Source of the DNA: an uncultured virus (IMG/VR IMGVR_UViG_3300008339_000033)
Taxonomy: Duplodnaviria > Heunggongvirae > Uroviricota > Caudoviricetes
Direction: 5' to 3' (one strand)
IMG/VR virus record: IMGVR_UViG_3300008339_000033
Length of the DNA stretch: 64,000 bases
Position numbers and translations under genes: made by a program. Positions 9,845 to 20,462 of this stretch are shown piece by piece. Below the pieces are notes generated by a model. That model did no database searches. It had not been told where the DNA came from and saw only the letters and a list, made by a program, of their open reading frames with translations. Numbering within the stretch: position 1 is the first letter of the stretch; every line of letters starts with the position of its first letter.

Positions 9845-10888
9845 TTATTTTTTAATTGAATTTAAAATTCTAAATGTGTCTTTTAACCAAAGTTCAACTC
9901 CTTTTATAATAATAGCTAAATCATCTTGATTAGCTAAATGTAGAAATTCTTTAGTTTTCAATTCAGGGATGGGACTATCAACTGTTTCAATAATAAACTC
10001 TTTTTCATTATCATCTATCAACGGGTTTTTAAGATCCATTAATCTATAAAAATTCTTTACATTCTCAAAGTCATGTAATACCCTTGAGTAAATTTTATTA
10101 TCTTTTAGTTTAGTTTCACAGATATTAAATATATCGTCTAATGAAAGAATAGTTTGTCCTACCTCAGGAAATTTTTCTATCAGTGTTTTTGGTCCTAAAT
10201 CTTTTACTCCAGGAATTTTATCTGAGGTATCTCCTACTAATGTTTTATAAATAATAAAGTTTTCAGCTAATACTCCAAATTTTTCCCTAATTAATGCTTT
10301 ATTATAAAATACTTTTTCACCAGTTTTATAAACTGTAATATTATCATCTATTAACTGGAAAAAATCTTTATCATTAGAAGCAATAAAAACCTGAGAATTA
10401 TATTGGGTTGAAAGGTGAGTGGCTAAAAATGCTATAATATCATCAGCCTCTACTTTACTTATTGATAAAGTTTTAACAGGTAAACATTGAAGATAATTTA
10501 TTAGCCTAGATATTTGGTCTACTTGAGCATCTACTTCAGTTGACTTATCTTCAAAAATATCCCAATTGGTGATTTTATTTACATTTCGTCCAGATTTGTA
10601 TTCGGGGAGTAAGTTCTTCCTGTTTGTGGAAGAACCTACCCCATCAAATACTACATAAACTGAAGTGGGTTTGGTGTGGTTAATTAGGCTTCCTAATGAT
10701 CTTAAAAAGCCTCCTAACCCACCAATATGGGCGTTATTTTGATTAACGTAATTTAAAACTGCAAAGTTTCTTAAAAATAAATTTAAACCATCAACTAATA
10801 ATACTCTATCATTTTTACTGAAGGATGTTTCTTTTTCGTGTTCTAAACTTACCTCTTCTAGCAGTTTTAAATATTCTTTCTTTCCCAT
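9845..10888 (-). CDS. 5'-3' exonuclease / T4 RNase H-like flap endonuclease
   Basis: LLVDGLN, VVFDG, YKSGR, EADDII, SNDKDF, GDTSDKIPGV. Confidence 0.92.
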   Translation of the reverse strand: MGKKEYLKLLEEVSLEHEKETSFSKNDRVLLVDGLNLFLRNFAVLNYVNQNNAHIGGLGGFLRSLGSLINHTKPTSVYVVFDGVGSSTNRKNLLPEYKSGRNVNKITNWDIFEDKSTEVDAQVDQISRLINYLQCLPVKTLSISKVEADDIIAFLATHLSTQYNSQVFIASNDKDFFQLIDDNITVYKTGEKVFYNKALIREKFGVLAENFIIYKTLVGDTSDKIPGVKDLGPKTLIEKFPEVGQTILSLDDIFNICETKLKDNKIYSRVLHDFENVKNFYRLMDLKNPLIDDNEKEFIIETVDSPIPELKTKEFLHLANQDDLAIIIKGVELWLKDTFRILNSIKK

Positions 10889-10889
10889 A

Positions 10890-11966
10890 TTAATCTTCAG
10901 ATGTATCTACTTCTCCATTAGCTTCATCTTCAGTAACAATCTTGAAATTGGTACCTCCTAAAATCTTAGCCCATTCATCAGCATGTTCTTTTTTATACTT
11001 ATCTACTGATAGAGGTGTATCTTTAATAAAACCATGTGCTGTCATAATAATAGAACCTCTAGTAGAAATCCCATTGATGTGATTTTTATCTACTGAAACT
11101 TTAGTTCGTTTAGCAAACTCAACATCTTTTTTATCTTTAACAGCCTTGATTTTATTTGTACCTGCATTAGCAATATTACCAAAAGTAACAATTAGTGAGG
11201 CATCAAAAAACATCGTATTTCCTCCTTTATTTTTCATTTTAGGTTGTTCCATAGGAAGCGAAGGTTTTTCAACCCATACTTTATTTACACAAACAAATGT
11301 ATTTGTATAAGGAGAATTTTCTTTACGTGAAAGTACAATCTTTTGATTTACAAAATTACCAAACTGTTGAGACATAGCACCAGCATTCCACTCATTACTA
11401 TTTGATGATTTTTCAATACTCATTTTGCAAGGAATAGAACCTACTGAATCCCATAAAAATAATAGATCATAAGGTAAATTGCCTTTAGCTTGTTCATCCA
11501 AAAGATCTAAAATAAATGCAGCAACATCTTCTACAGATTGTAAAGAACTTCTATCAGCATAGATAAAAAATCCTTCATAATTTTGTATTTCACCTGTAGC
11601 TGGATCAATAACTTCGTTCACATCAAAACCCATAGTTTTAAGATGTCCAAAATCAAATTTCATCTCAGTTACTATTAGTACTGGAAGGATTCCTGCTTTT
11701 TGAGCATTAACTGCTGCTTCAATAAGTGCAGTAGTTTTACCTGTATCAGAGTGTCCTCGGAGTAATGTAATATGACCCATAGGAATACCTGGAAGCGAGA
11801 TAATATCTGATAAAGCTTCCGAAACTGGTATCCATTTCTGTTCTTTGAACTTAACATTTGAATTTAGAAGTTTCTTATCTTTAAACTTATTTAGGTCAAA
11901 CCCTTTTTTAAGTTCAGAGGAAACAGCCTCATTCAAAGAAGTTGACTTCTTTGTTATTGTTGTCAT
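10890..11966 (-). CDS. RecA/UvsX-like recombinase
   Basis: GIPMGHITLLRGHSDTGKTT, LWDSVG, KGGNTMFF. Confidence 0.85.
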   Translation of the reverse strand: MTTITKKSTSLNEAVSSELKKGFDLNKFKDKKLLNSNVKFKEQKWIPVSEALSDIISLPGIPMGHITLLRGHSDTGKTTALIEAAVNAQKAGILPVLIVTEMKFDFGHLKTMGFDVNEVIDPATGEIQNYEGFFIYADRSSLQSVEDVAAFILDLLDEQAKGNLPYDLLFLWDSVGSIPCKMSIEKSSNSNEWNAGAMSQQFGNFVNQKIVLSRKENSPYTNTFVCVNKVWVEKPSLPMEQPKMKNKGGNTMFFDASLIVTFGNIANAGTNKIKAVKDKKDVEFAKRTKVSVDKNHINGISTRGSIIMTAHGFIKDTPLSVDKYKKEHADEWAKILGGTNFKIVTEDEANGEVDTSED

Positions 11967-11982
11967 AAAATTTAGTTTTTAA

Positions 11983-12819
11983 TTATTCCTCGGAAAATAA
12001 AGCATCAAACTTTTCTGAAGTCTTTGCTTTTTTACCACCCATTTTCTTTTCAGTTACTTTAGCGGTAATACTTTCTGATTCTTCTTTCCAAGGTGCTTCA
12101 CTTGGGGTTTCAGCTTCTTCTGTATCCTCAATAACTTCTCCATTTTCATCTTCTGGGTTTAGCCAGTTTTGAAGAGTAGTTTTGATTTCTTCATAAGAAT
12201 GTTTCTTGTTGATTTCCAAAATATTAGGTTGTTCTGTTAACCAAAGTTCAGCTTGTTTAGCATCATCACTAAGAGGAGTAGTTTTTGGTTTTACTCGGAT
12301 AGTACATTTGATGCCTTTACGTCCAGCAATATCAGCTTCAACAGCCTCTACATTAAAATCACGACCCTCAGTAACATCAGTATAATCACCATAATCTTCA
12401 TCTTCAGCAATACCTAATAGTTGCATGTAAATTTCTTTACCAAACTCCCAAAGACGAACACCCATATCTTCTTCACCACGTACAATTACTGGTGCAAAAA
12501 TACGCATTTTTGGATCAAGCTTTTTAGCTAGGGACCAATTTTCTTTATCTGATGTTGAGCGAAGTTTTTTAGTAAACTCTACAATAGGGTCTGATTCATC
12601 CCAATTAGTAAGAGCAAAAATAGGATACTTAGCGAACCCATAGTGAACATAAACTTCTTTAAAAGGATTAGCTTTATCGGATTTAGAAGGTACGATACGA
12701 ACCTGGTGTTTACCTACTTTTGGTTTCCAAAAGATTTTTGAATAATCAACTTTTTCTTTTTTTGCCCCTGGTTTTTGCTGTAGAGACTCCAGCCTGTTTT
12801 TGATTTTACTTAAATCCAT
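11983..12819 (-). CDS. single-stranded DNA-binding protein (gp32-like)
   Basis: FWKPK..VRIVP, LWEFGK, DVTEGRD; acidic tail ending FDALFSEE. Confidence 0.82.
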   Translation of the reverse strand: MDLSKIKNRLESLQQKPGAKKEKVDYSKIFWKPKVGKHQVRIVPSKSDKANPFKEVYVHYGFAKYPIFALTNWDESDPIVEFTKKLRSTSDKENWSLAKKLDPKMRIFAPVIVRGEEDMGVRLWEFGKEIYMQLLGIAEDEDYGDYTDVTEGRDFNVEAVEADIAGRKGIKCTIRVKPKTTPLSDDAKQAELWLTEQPNILEINKKHSYEEIKTTLQNWLNPEDENGEVIEDTEEAETPSEAPWKEESESITAKVTEKKMGGKKAKTSEKFDALFSEE

Positions 12820-12871
12820 AAAATTTGTTTTTAAAACGGTTAATAAATGTGGTTAATTCTAAATCGTGGCG

Positions 12872-12903
12872 ATAATATAATGAAAAGGCCTTAAAATTCC
12901 AAC
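12872..12903 (-). promoter_or_regulatory. host-type promoter for the replication operon
   Basis: GTTG-N20-TATATTAT. Confidence 0.65.
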
Positions 12904-12916
12904 CTGAATGATTAAC

Positions 12917-13303
12917 TTATAATTCAATTATTTTGTATAATTTGGTGTTAAGTGATTTAAATTCGTTTTGTTGAGTTAATAATATGCAATTTTTATAATG
13001 ATTCCAATTAACTCTAAAGGAAGGATCTACTATACCCCCATTGAGTCTTTTTATCAGTTCATTTAATGCATTTATGGTATATAATGTATTAGTGTCTTTT
13101 TTTCTATGTACTGAAATAGTATTAGGAGGTAAACTACCAATGTTACCACTGTCTGTATTATAGGTAATTACATATTCATCAGTAGATTTTACATAAAGTA
13201 TAAATAATTTATCGTAGTTTATAACATAATCAGTAGATATAGTTTCTATCAGATCTTCTAAATTATCTATTTGAGTAAATGAAGCAAATAATTTGTTATT
13301 CAT
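12917..13303 (-). CDS. hypothetical phage protein
   Basis: 128 aa, HRKKDTNTLYTINALN; late motif at 13324-13331. Confidence 0.75.
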   Translation of the reverse strand: MNNKLFASFTQIDNLEDLIETISTDYVINYDKLFILYVKSTDEYVITYNTDSGNIGSLPPNTISVHRKKDTNTLYTINALNELIKRLNGGIVDPSFRVNWNHYKNCILLTQQNEFKSLNTKLYKIIEL

Positions 13304-13342
13304 TTTTAAAGAGTCGATTTTGTTATAAATATCAACTCTTTT

Positions 13343-14629
13343 TTATGAAAAAGTGTAGTCGGATCCTTTATTTATTTTTATAGTGAGTTTTTTTCTTTCA
13401 AATATTTTTTGAATCTCTAATAATAAATCTTTTTCTTTTCTATCTACATCAAATAAAAAACTATCATAAACATATAAAATAAGTTTAGTTTTTTTACCTA
13501 CCAATAACTTATGTATTTCTAATAGAATTTCAATATTGTTGGCTGTTTCATAGTGTTGTAGTAAATAGTTAAATAATTTTTGAGGATTCATATCATTTAA
13601 CTTATCCCTATAAAATCTATAATTAGAAACAGGACATTCAATAAATCCACCATAATTAAAATCATCCCACAACTTATCTATAAATGTGCTTATTTTCTTA
13701 AAAAACTCGATATGACTGTATTCTTGTTTTATACCGCCATATAAATTTTTAAAAATGATTTCCTTAGCATCATCATACGAAACATCATAAGTTTTAGAAA
13801 ATTCATTATAAACGTTATCTTCAAAATTAAAATCTATTAATTGAGCAGCCAATGTAGGATGATAGGCTGAAATATCAAACTCAACCAATAAATCATTTGA
13901 AGGAACAAAACTTTCTCTAACTTTATTGTCTTTAGGTAATGCAGCAAAATTTATACCATTAAATGAATTTGAAGGTCGTTTGGTTGTAGTGTATAAATTA
14001 TATTCTGTAAAAATCTTATTTTCTAATATAGAGTATTCTGGGTGGGGTAGATCAAAATGATCATAAAATGAAGATGGGCTTAAAGTTAATCCATTTCTTT
14101 CTATACCTAAAAAGGCTAATGGGGCTTTAGTATTTAAAAATTCTAATTCTTTAGGATAATTTAAAGGCAAATACTTTTGAATTAACTTAAATAAATCCTC
14201 ACAATATTCATAATGTTTAGTTATAGGAATTATTCTATTTAAATCAGATATATCAGAATGTTTTGAATAAAAATAATTATAAACTAAATTATCAGGATAC
14301 TTAAACCCATCAGGCATTAAATAAGTTAAATCATATAAGTTTTTATAGGGCAGATGATATAGTTTTTGTTTTTTATTAATCACATATATTTCATCTATAT
14401 CCTTTAATAGCGCGTCTATTAGCATTTTATTAAGCGAGAATCCCTCGTTGTGGCACACGCACAACATATAACCCTTCTCATCTATAAACGGTTTAATAAA
14501 GATAAGACTTATTTCGCTTAAAGAAGGATGATAATAATGATGGTAAGGAACAATCTCTAAAAATACCTTTTTAAATTTTTTTTCCTTTAATTCTTCAAAC
14601 TGTTCATCAGTTTCTATTAACCAGTACAT
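13343..14629 (-). CDS. compact family A DNA polymerase
   Basis: TTTKRPS, NFAALP, motif A EFDISAYH, motif B AKEIIFKNLYG, NYLLQ, motif C YVYDSF. Confidence 0.8.
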   Translation of the reverse strand: MYWLIETDEQFEELKEKKFKKVFLEIVPYHHYYHPSLSEISLIFIKPFIDEKGYMLCVCHNEGFSLNKMLIDALLKDIDEIYVINKKQKLYHLPYKNLYDLTYLMPDGFKYPDNLVYNYFYSKHSDISDLNRIIPITKHYEYCEDLFKLIQKYLPLNYPKELEFLNTKAPLAFLGIERNGLTLSPSSFYDHFDLPHPEYSILENKIFTEYNLYTTTKRPSNSFNGINFAALPKDNKVRESFVPSNDLLVEFDISAYHPTLAAQLIDFNFEDNVYNEFSKTYDVSYDDAKEIIFKNLYGGIKQEYSHIEFFKKISTFIDKLWDDFNYGGFIECPVSNYRFYRDKLNDMNPQKLFNYLLQHYETANNIEILLEIHKLLVGKKTKLILYVYDSFLFDVDRKEKDLLLEIQKIFERKKLTIKINKGSDYTFS

Positions 14630-14633
14630 GAGG

Positions 14634-14665
14634 TAAAGATAATAAAAATATTATATTTAACCAAA
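14634..14665 (-). promoter_or_regulatory. host-type promoter for the polymerase gene
   Basis: TTTG-N20-TATCTTTA. Confidence 0.75.
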
Positions 14666-14678
14666 TTTAATTATTTTT

Positions 14679-16037
14679 TTAAATAAATCTGTTTATATAT
14701 TCTAAATAAGTATTTTCAGAATCGTATGCAAATGAACCACTTTTAACATTAGCAAGACTACTAACAACACCAAATTTTTCAGCTGGTTGACCAGGTGCAC
14801 TAAACCAACCTCTAATAGGAGTACGTGATTGTGCTGTTATAGGATATAATGTGGGGTCTTTAGCAGTTTTATAAGGTATACCACCATCAACCCCTCCATC
14901 TGAGTTATCTAGGTTAGTAGTAGCTAAAATCAAAGGAGATTCTGGAATGCTAGATAAAAAACTATTATTTATAACTAAATTATTTATTTGATTTAAATAA
15001 GTAAAAGTAGGAGTATATCTTTGTATAAATCTATCAGGGGGTCCTGGGTTTGCGGTAAGATTTGGAGTTCCTGTAACAGTTCCAGGATATGTAGTAGTTA
15101 AATCATTATTTGGACCTCCTAAAAATTCACCATTTTCTAAATCTAAATTAGTTACATTAAAAGAAAATGGTAATATAGAAGTACCGTTATATATTGTAGG
15201 ATTAGGTAAATCTAATTCGGTATCATTTAAAGTAGTTTCTAATACTGATTCACCATTATATGTTGTAGGATTAGGTAAGTCTAATTCAGTAGAATTTAAT
15301 GAAAAATATAATAAAGGCTCACCTAATGAAGTCTGACCTAATATATCATTATAAGTTACAGGATTAGAAAAATCCAATTCTGTAAAATCTAAAATATTGT
15401 TATTATTTAATAAAAATTCTTCAGAATTAAGATAAGCTGTAGGATTTGATGAATCATAAATAGTATAATCTAAAATATTATTACTATTTAAATAAAATGT
15501 TGGAGAATCAACATAAGATATAGGATTAGGTGAATCTAATTCTGTAAAATCTAAAACACCATCAATACTTAAAAACCCAGCCCCACTATAAACTGAGATA
15601 TTTAGTGGATCTAAATAAGTAAAATCTAAAACATTGACAGTACTTAAAAGTCCAGCTCCAATATAAACTGAGGGGTTGGGTAAATCATAATTGGTTGCTT
15701 CTAGGGAATTATATAATATAGAAATACCATCATATGTTGAAGGATTTGGTAAATCTAATTCGGTTTGTTCTAAAGTATATTCTAATGGGGCCCCACCATA
15801 TGTTGCTATACCTCCTAAATCTAAAACAGTTTGATCTAAAGAATTAGCTAATACAGAATTATTACTAAAAATTGAACTTTCTAAATCTAAAACAGTTTGG
15901 CCTAAAGAATTAGCTAATGTCAGATTATTATTTGTTGGGGGTGTTCCTAAACCTAAATCAGTTTGACTAAGTAAATTAACTAATTGTGATTCTCCATTAA
16001 GATAATTTTCTTGAGAAGGATTAAAAATATAAGCCAT
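14679..16037 (-). CDS. acidic repeat protein (LxxTxLDxxNPxxYxG repeats), probably virion-associated
   Basis: More than 10 imperfect 23-30 aa repeats; last gene of the baseplate block. Confidence 0.7.
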   Translation of the reverse strand: MAYIFNPSQENYLNGESQLVNLLSQTDLGLGTPPTNNNLTLANSLGQTVLDLESSIFSNNSVLANSLDQTVLDLGGIATYGGAPLEYTLEQTELDLPNPSTYDGISILYNSLEATNYDLPNPSVYIGAGLLSTVNVLDFTYLDPLNISVYSGAGFLSIDGVLDFTELDSPNPISYVDSPTFYLNSNNILDYTIYDSSNPTAYLNSEEFLLNNNNILDFTELDFSNPVTYNDILGQTSLGEPLLYFSLNSTELDLPNPTTYNGESVLETTLNDTELDLPNPTIYNGTSILPFSFNVTNLDLENGEFLGGPNNDLTTTYPGTVTGTPNLTANPGPPDRFIQRYTPTFTYLNQINNLVINNSFLSSIPESPLILATTNLDNSDGGVDGGIPYKTAKDPTLYPITAQSRTPIRGWFSAPGQPAEKFGVVSSLANVKSGSFAYDSENTYLEYINRFI

Positions 16038-16043
16038 ATTTTA

Positions 16044-16724
16044 TTATAAATATTGGGCAAATTTAAGATAATCTTTTTTTAAATAATTATCAAATTGGGG
16101 TAGTTTATTTTTTTTCATAGTTAATTCAACTATGTTTTTATTAGTATTATAAACAGATTGTTCACTACCAGTTAATTTCCAATTAATTTGAAAAGGAACA
16201 TAAAGATACCAATCAATATCAGGATCTTTATTTGAGAGTTTATCAAAAATTTCTTTTGATATTTCTATATAAATAAATTCATTTGCCTTTTTACAAAAAT
16301 ATCTTACAAAAGTTCCATTTTTATAATCTTCTTCGGTAGGTTTGTTAAAAGCAAAATAAGGAATAGCAATTTGTTTTTCTAATTCTTCTTCAGGATAATC
16401 TTTTGCATTTAAATATTCACGAAGAATAGAAAAATTATTATATTTAAATATTTCTTCATCTGAATAGGCATTAATTGGACCTTCAGGATCAATATAAGGA
16501 TATATTGTTGAATAAGATTTGGATAAAGTAGCCTGGTTAATTGATGTTGGAGGATTTAATATTAATTTTTGTACAATTGAATCTTGTGGTGTTTTTCCTG
16601 TAAAATATTCACCTTTAGAGGTTTCCCAATAATACCCTATATAATCATCTCCAGTAGATTCAATAATAAATTTTCCTCCATCAGTATATAAATTTGTTTT
16701 TATTTGAGATTTAGGATAATACAT
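16044..16724 (-). CDS. hypothetical baseplate-region protein
   Basis: 226 aa; follows the hub gene. Confidence 0.65.
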   Translation of the reverse strand: MYYPKSQIKTNLYTDGGKFIIESTGDDYIGYYWETSKGEYFTGKTPQDSIVQKLILNPPTSINQATLSKSYSTIYPYIDPEGPINAYSDEEIFKYNNFSILREYLNAKDYPEEELEKQIAIPYFAFNKPTEEDYKNGTFVRYFCKKANEFIYIEISKEIFDKLSNKDPDIDWYLYVPFQINWKLTGSEQSVYNTNKNIVELTMKKNKLPQFDNYLKKDYLKFAQYL

Positions 16725-16766
16725 TGTTATAGTGAATTTATTTTTTAATTAAATTAACTTGTTCTT

Positions 16767-19700
16767 CTAATTTGCATTAAGTCTAAAATTACTAATTTTA
16801 CCACCTTTACTTATAATAGCTGAATCAAATGCTGAGGCTTGAGCCCATGTTGCAGGATATAAATTTCCATTTCGAGGACCATTATTACCTACTGATATTA
16901 ACATACTAACTACTTCTAATGTAGGTACTAAATCTACTTTACCCCCAAAAACAGACCCATGGCTGTATATCCCAGGTTTAGTTCTCCAAAGTCCATTTCC
17001 AATTTCATCTACTTCATACCATATACTTCTCCAAGTTTTTTCACCTTCCCATATAAAAGGAATTTTATAACTGTACATTAGTTTTAAAAGAAGACCTCTT
17101 AAACTTGCCATTTGTAAACCAGTATAAGTAAATCCATATTTATAAGTTCTATAAGTTGTTGGGTTAAGATTCCAATCTACTATATTTGATATACCATTAC
17201 CAATACCAATACCACTTACACCATCAAATCCTAATTGATATTTTTGTCCTCGTTGTCCTTTAGATATATTTTTTCCTGATGCATCAAACCAATCACCACC
17301 TCGTTCAAAAGCTTGACCTGGGTTTATTACTTCAATACCAATACCATGTACGTTTGGGTCAGGACTGAACTTTGAACCTTGGGTTATATATTTAAAACGT
17401 TCATCAGCTAATCTTTCAACATGTCCATCACCATCTAAAACAAAGGGAGCACTAGGAACCCATCCTTTTGTGCTACGAAGACTTGTACCATTTGATAAAC
17501 AATGTGGGTTCCAACAAGCTTCTACAACATGTAAACCTTTATCTCCAGCCCAATTAGTACCTTGAATATAAGTAGCAGTATGATGTAAATATATACGAGA
17601 TTTTGGAAAAATTTTAGGTTTTGCTATAGTTAAATTACTACCCCAACTACCTTGATCAGTTGCACTAGAAAGTTGGTATTTATCTACACACCAACCTGAA
17701 GGTTCTGATTTTACATATACATGATCTGTTCTAGTTCTTTGATTTGAAGGACATCCTGTTGCTGGATCTGCAGAACCAACCCCAGTAAAAGCTGCATCTT
17801 TATATGAACCCCCTGATGATGATGCTTTCTTTTGCTTTTTCTTTTTCTTTGCTGCAGGTGCTGCTGCTGTATTATCAGCACTTTTTCCTACAATTACTGA
17901 ATCAATTTTTGTTTCCCAAAGATTATTTTTAACAGTATGGGTAATTCCTTTAATTAAAATCTCTACAGCATCAGGATAATTAGAAGGAAGAAACTCAGTG
18001 TTAAGATTAAATTTTTGAAAAATTTTCATTCCTGATAATCCATCCATAGTTAAAGATACATTAATAGGAATAAATCCTGAACCTGCTGAAACAGTTGAAT
18101 TTGATTTATATTCATTAGCTTTTCCTTTATTAATGAAATAAACCAAATTAGATAAAATACTTTTATTAGCTTCCCATACTTCAGGTTGCCAAACTATATT
18201 AGAAGAATCTCCTCCTCCTACAACATATTGGAAAAATGTACCTGAAGCCCCTATTAGTGAATCAGGAGTATCATCTGGATTAGTACTTGACTCATTTCCA
18301 TCGGTTACAATTTCTGCAAATCTAGTAAATAATCCTCTATTTAATCTTGAAAAAGCTGTTGTGTCTTCTCCAACAGATTTTTTATTAGCTGCAGCTCCAA
18401 TAGAAATAATTGTAGCAAAATCTGGAGGAATGGTTGTTTGGAAGTCTAATTGTTTAACCATAGAACCTTCCCCTATAAAAGTAATAGGATTTCCTTGTGA
18501 ATCTTGTCCTGAAAGTGCTTTAAACCCAGAAACATTGAATGTAGTTGTTGGTCTTACTGTTGCTCCTACTGTTTGTAATACAGTATCTCTATAAGGATAA
18601 GGATTTTTATCAATAATTTTTAATTCATTGTTTTCTTGATCTACAAAAACTTCTAATGTATTTGAACTGCCTAAAGCTCTTGATATTTCATTTAATACTT
18701 CATTTAAAAACTGTTTTAATGATACCCTGTTTGTTTTTTCATCTACAAGATCATTTATTTTTTCTAATAAAAAGTCAAAATTTACATAAACATTCATTAA
18801 ATCTCCATAATATGATGTTGTTCCTGAGGAGAATAAGAAAGGATCAAGATCTTTAAAAAACTCATAAGTAAAACTACTATCAACATTAGTTGCTCCAGGA
18901 AATAATGCTTGAGGGTTAATAGTATCAGTTCTAGAAACTATGCATACTCTAGGATCTGCACTAATTGTTAATTCATTTACTGGAATTAGATTTTTTCCTC
19001 GCTCATAATTTATTTTTAATGATGGATCTCCATTAAATCTTAATACATAACTTGATTGAATTTCAGCTAATAATCTGTTGAATTTTACATAATATTGAGA
19101 TGTAGCAGAACCTTGAAATTTTAATCTAGCAAAGGTTTTTTCACCAACACTTATTCCTGTTATTGGAGTACCTACTTCTGACCAAACATATCCTGTTGCA
19201 CCAATTATTTTTTTAGCAACTGTATAATACAATGCTCCTATAGCATTTTGATCTCTATAAAGATCTATAGGGTCTGGGGTTGTTTTGTTAGCATCTATAG
19301 GGGCAGGTTCATTTAAGAGTTTTTGAGAGTTCATTTTTAACCCTTCAATAATATCTCCTACACTTCTTAAATTAAGAGTAATATCAAAAGTACCATCAGG
19401 AGAATAACTCCAATTAAAATTTATAACTTTTCCAAATAAAGCATCATAATTTCCATTACTTTCTTTTTTTACTGTTTTTATAGCACTTAACATATCACTT
19501 ATATATTTTGCCGCAGGATCAAAAAAGAATTCTTGCAAGGTATTATCACCTCCATCTGTAAATATATTAAATTTATTATCTACATAAACAACATTCCCCC
19601 ATTCTAAAAGCATATAATACCCTAAACGCAAATAAAGAGCCTCTATTATTTCTAATTGTTCTGAATTATATGCTTTAATTTTTACAACAGCTGATGTTGT

Positions 19701-20141
19701 ATATCCATCACCATCGGTTTTTACTTCTATGGAACTTATACCCATCATAGGTCTAAAACCTAGTGTTTTTCCTCCGGTTCCATAAGCTCCTTCTGAACTA
19801 ATTCCATATCTTAATTCATTATAAGTTGATGAATCTCGAGGTGCTACTGTACCTGCTTCAACTCCTGGATCAGTAAATACTACGGGTGAAGTACCAGCAA
19901 ATAATACATATTTTTTAGCTAATTCAAGTCCTTTTAAACCTAGTGAATTTACAAATTTATAATTACTATTACCTTTAAATTCAACTGAAGACATTAACCT
20001 AACATAAGCTACTTTAGAATTTTTATAAATAGTTCCAGCTAAATTAGAGTCACTAGAATTAAAATTTCTTCCTAAAAAATCTTGTCTAACTTTAACTTGT
20101 TCATCTACATAAGTTTCAAAACTTTCACCTAATATATTCAT
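16767..20141 (-). CDS. baseplate hub-like protein with C-terminal N-acetylmuramoyl-L-alanine amidase domain
   Basis: Hub-like LRLGYYMLLEWG and LFGKVINFNWS; amidase Zn motifs IYLHHTA, GIGIEV, IYSHG..KVD. Confidence 0.72.
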   Translation of the reverse strand: MNILGESFETYVDEQVKVRQDFLGRNFNSSDSNLAGTIYKNSKVAYVRLMSSVEFKGNSNYKFVNSLGLKGLELAKKYVLFAGTSPVVFTDPGVEAGTVAPRDSSTYNELRYGISSEGAYGTGGKTLGFRPMMGISSIEVKTDGDGYTTSAVVKIKAYNSEQLEIIEALYLRLGYYMLLEWGNVVYVDNKFNIFTDGGDNTLQEFFFDPAAKYISDMLSAIKTVKKESNGNYDALFGKVINFNWSYSPDGTFDITLNLRSVGDIIEGLKMNSQKLLNEPAPIDANKTTPDPIDLYRDQNAIGALYYTVAKKIIGATGYVWSEVGTPITGISVGEKTFARLKFQGSATSQYYVKFNRLLAEIQSSYVLRFNGDPSLKINYERGKNLIPVNELTISADPRVCIVSRTDTINPQALFPGATNVDSSFTYEFFKDLDPFLFSSGTTSYYGDLMNVYVNFDFLLEKINDLVDEKTNRVSLKQFLNEVLNEISRALGSSNTLEVFVDQENNELKIIDKNPYPYRDTVLQTVGATVRPTTTFNVSGFKALSGQDSQGNPITFIGEGSMVKQLDFQTTIPPDFATIISIGAAANKKSVGEDTTAFSRLNRGLFTRFAEIVTDGNESSTNPDDTPDSLIGASGTFFQYVVGGGDSSNIVWQPEVWEANKSILSNLVYFINKGKANEYKSNSTVSAGSGFIPINVSLTMDGLSGMKIFQKFNLNTEFLPSNYPDAVEILIKGITHTVKNNLWETKIDSVIVGKSADNTAAAPAAKKKKKQKKASSSGGSYKDAAFTGVGSADPATGCPSNQRTRTDHVYVKSEPSGWCVDKYQLSSATDQGSWGSNLTIAKPKIFPKSRIYLHHTATYIQGTNWAGDKGLHVVEACWNPHCLSNGTSLRSTKGWVPSAPFVLDGDGHVERLADERFKYITQGSKFSPDPNVHGIGIEVINPGQAFERGGDWFDASGKNISKGQRGQKYQLGFDGVSGIGIGNGISNIVDWNLNPTTYRTYKYGFTYTGLQMASLRGLLLKLMYSYKIPFIWEGEKTWRSIWYEVDEIGNGLWRTKPGIYSHGSVFGGKVDLVPTLEVVSMLISVGNNGPRNGNLYPATWAQASAFDSAIISKGGKISNFRLNAN

Positions 20142-20443
20142 ATAACATTATTTAAACTATTAAAACTTGATAAAATTCTTGATGGATTAACAGGAATTCT
20201 TATTTGGATTCCTTCTGGGATTATTAATGAATTTTGGGGTATTGAAGGATTAGCAGAAGATATTATCCACCAATATGATTGATTTCCATAATATCGTTGA
20301 GCTAAAAGATCAAATCTATCTCCCTGGGTTGTATAGACATATGTGTCGTTTTCATTCAAAGGAATTTCAGGGTATATAACAGTTTGGTATAACTGTTTTC
20401 CATTTATCTTTTTCTTAGGTACATTTATATATCTATTAGACAT
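20138..20443 (-). CDS. LysM-like baseplate wedge protein (gp53-like)
   Basis: GDRFDLLAQRYYGNQSYWWIISSAN...GIQIRIP. Confidence 0.82.
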   Translation of the reverse strand: MSNRYINVPKKKINGKQLYQTVIYPEIPLNENDTYVYTTQGDRFDLLAQRYYGNQSYWWIISSANPSIPQNSLIIPEGIQIRIPVNPSRILSSFNSLNNVI

Positions 20444-20462
20444 GTTAAAAAAATATTAACCA

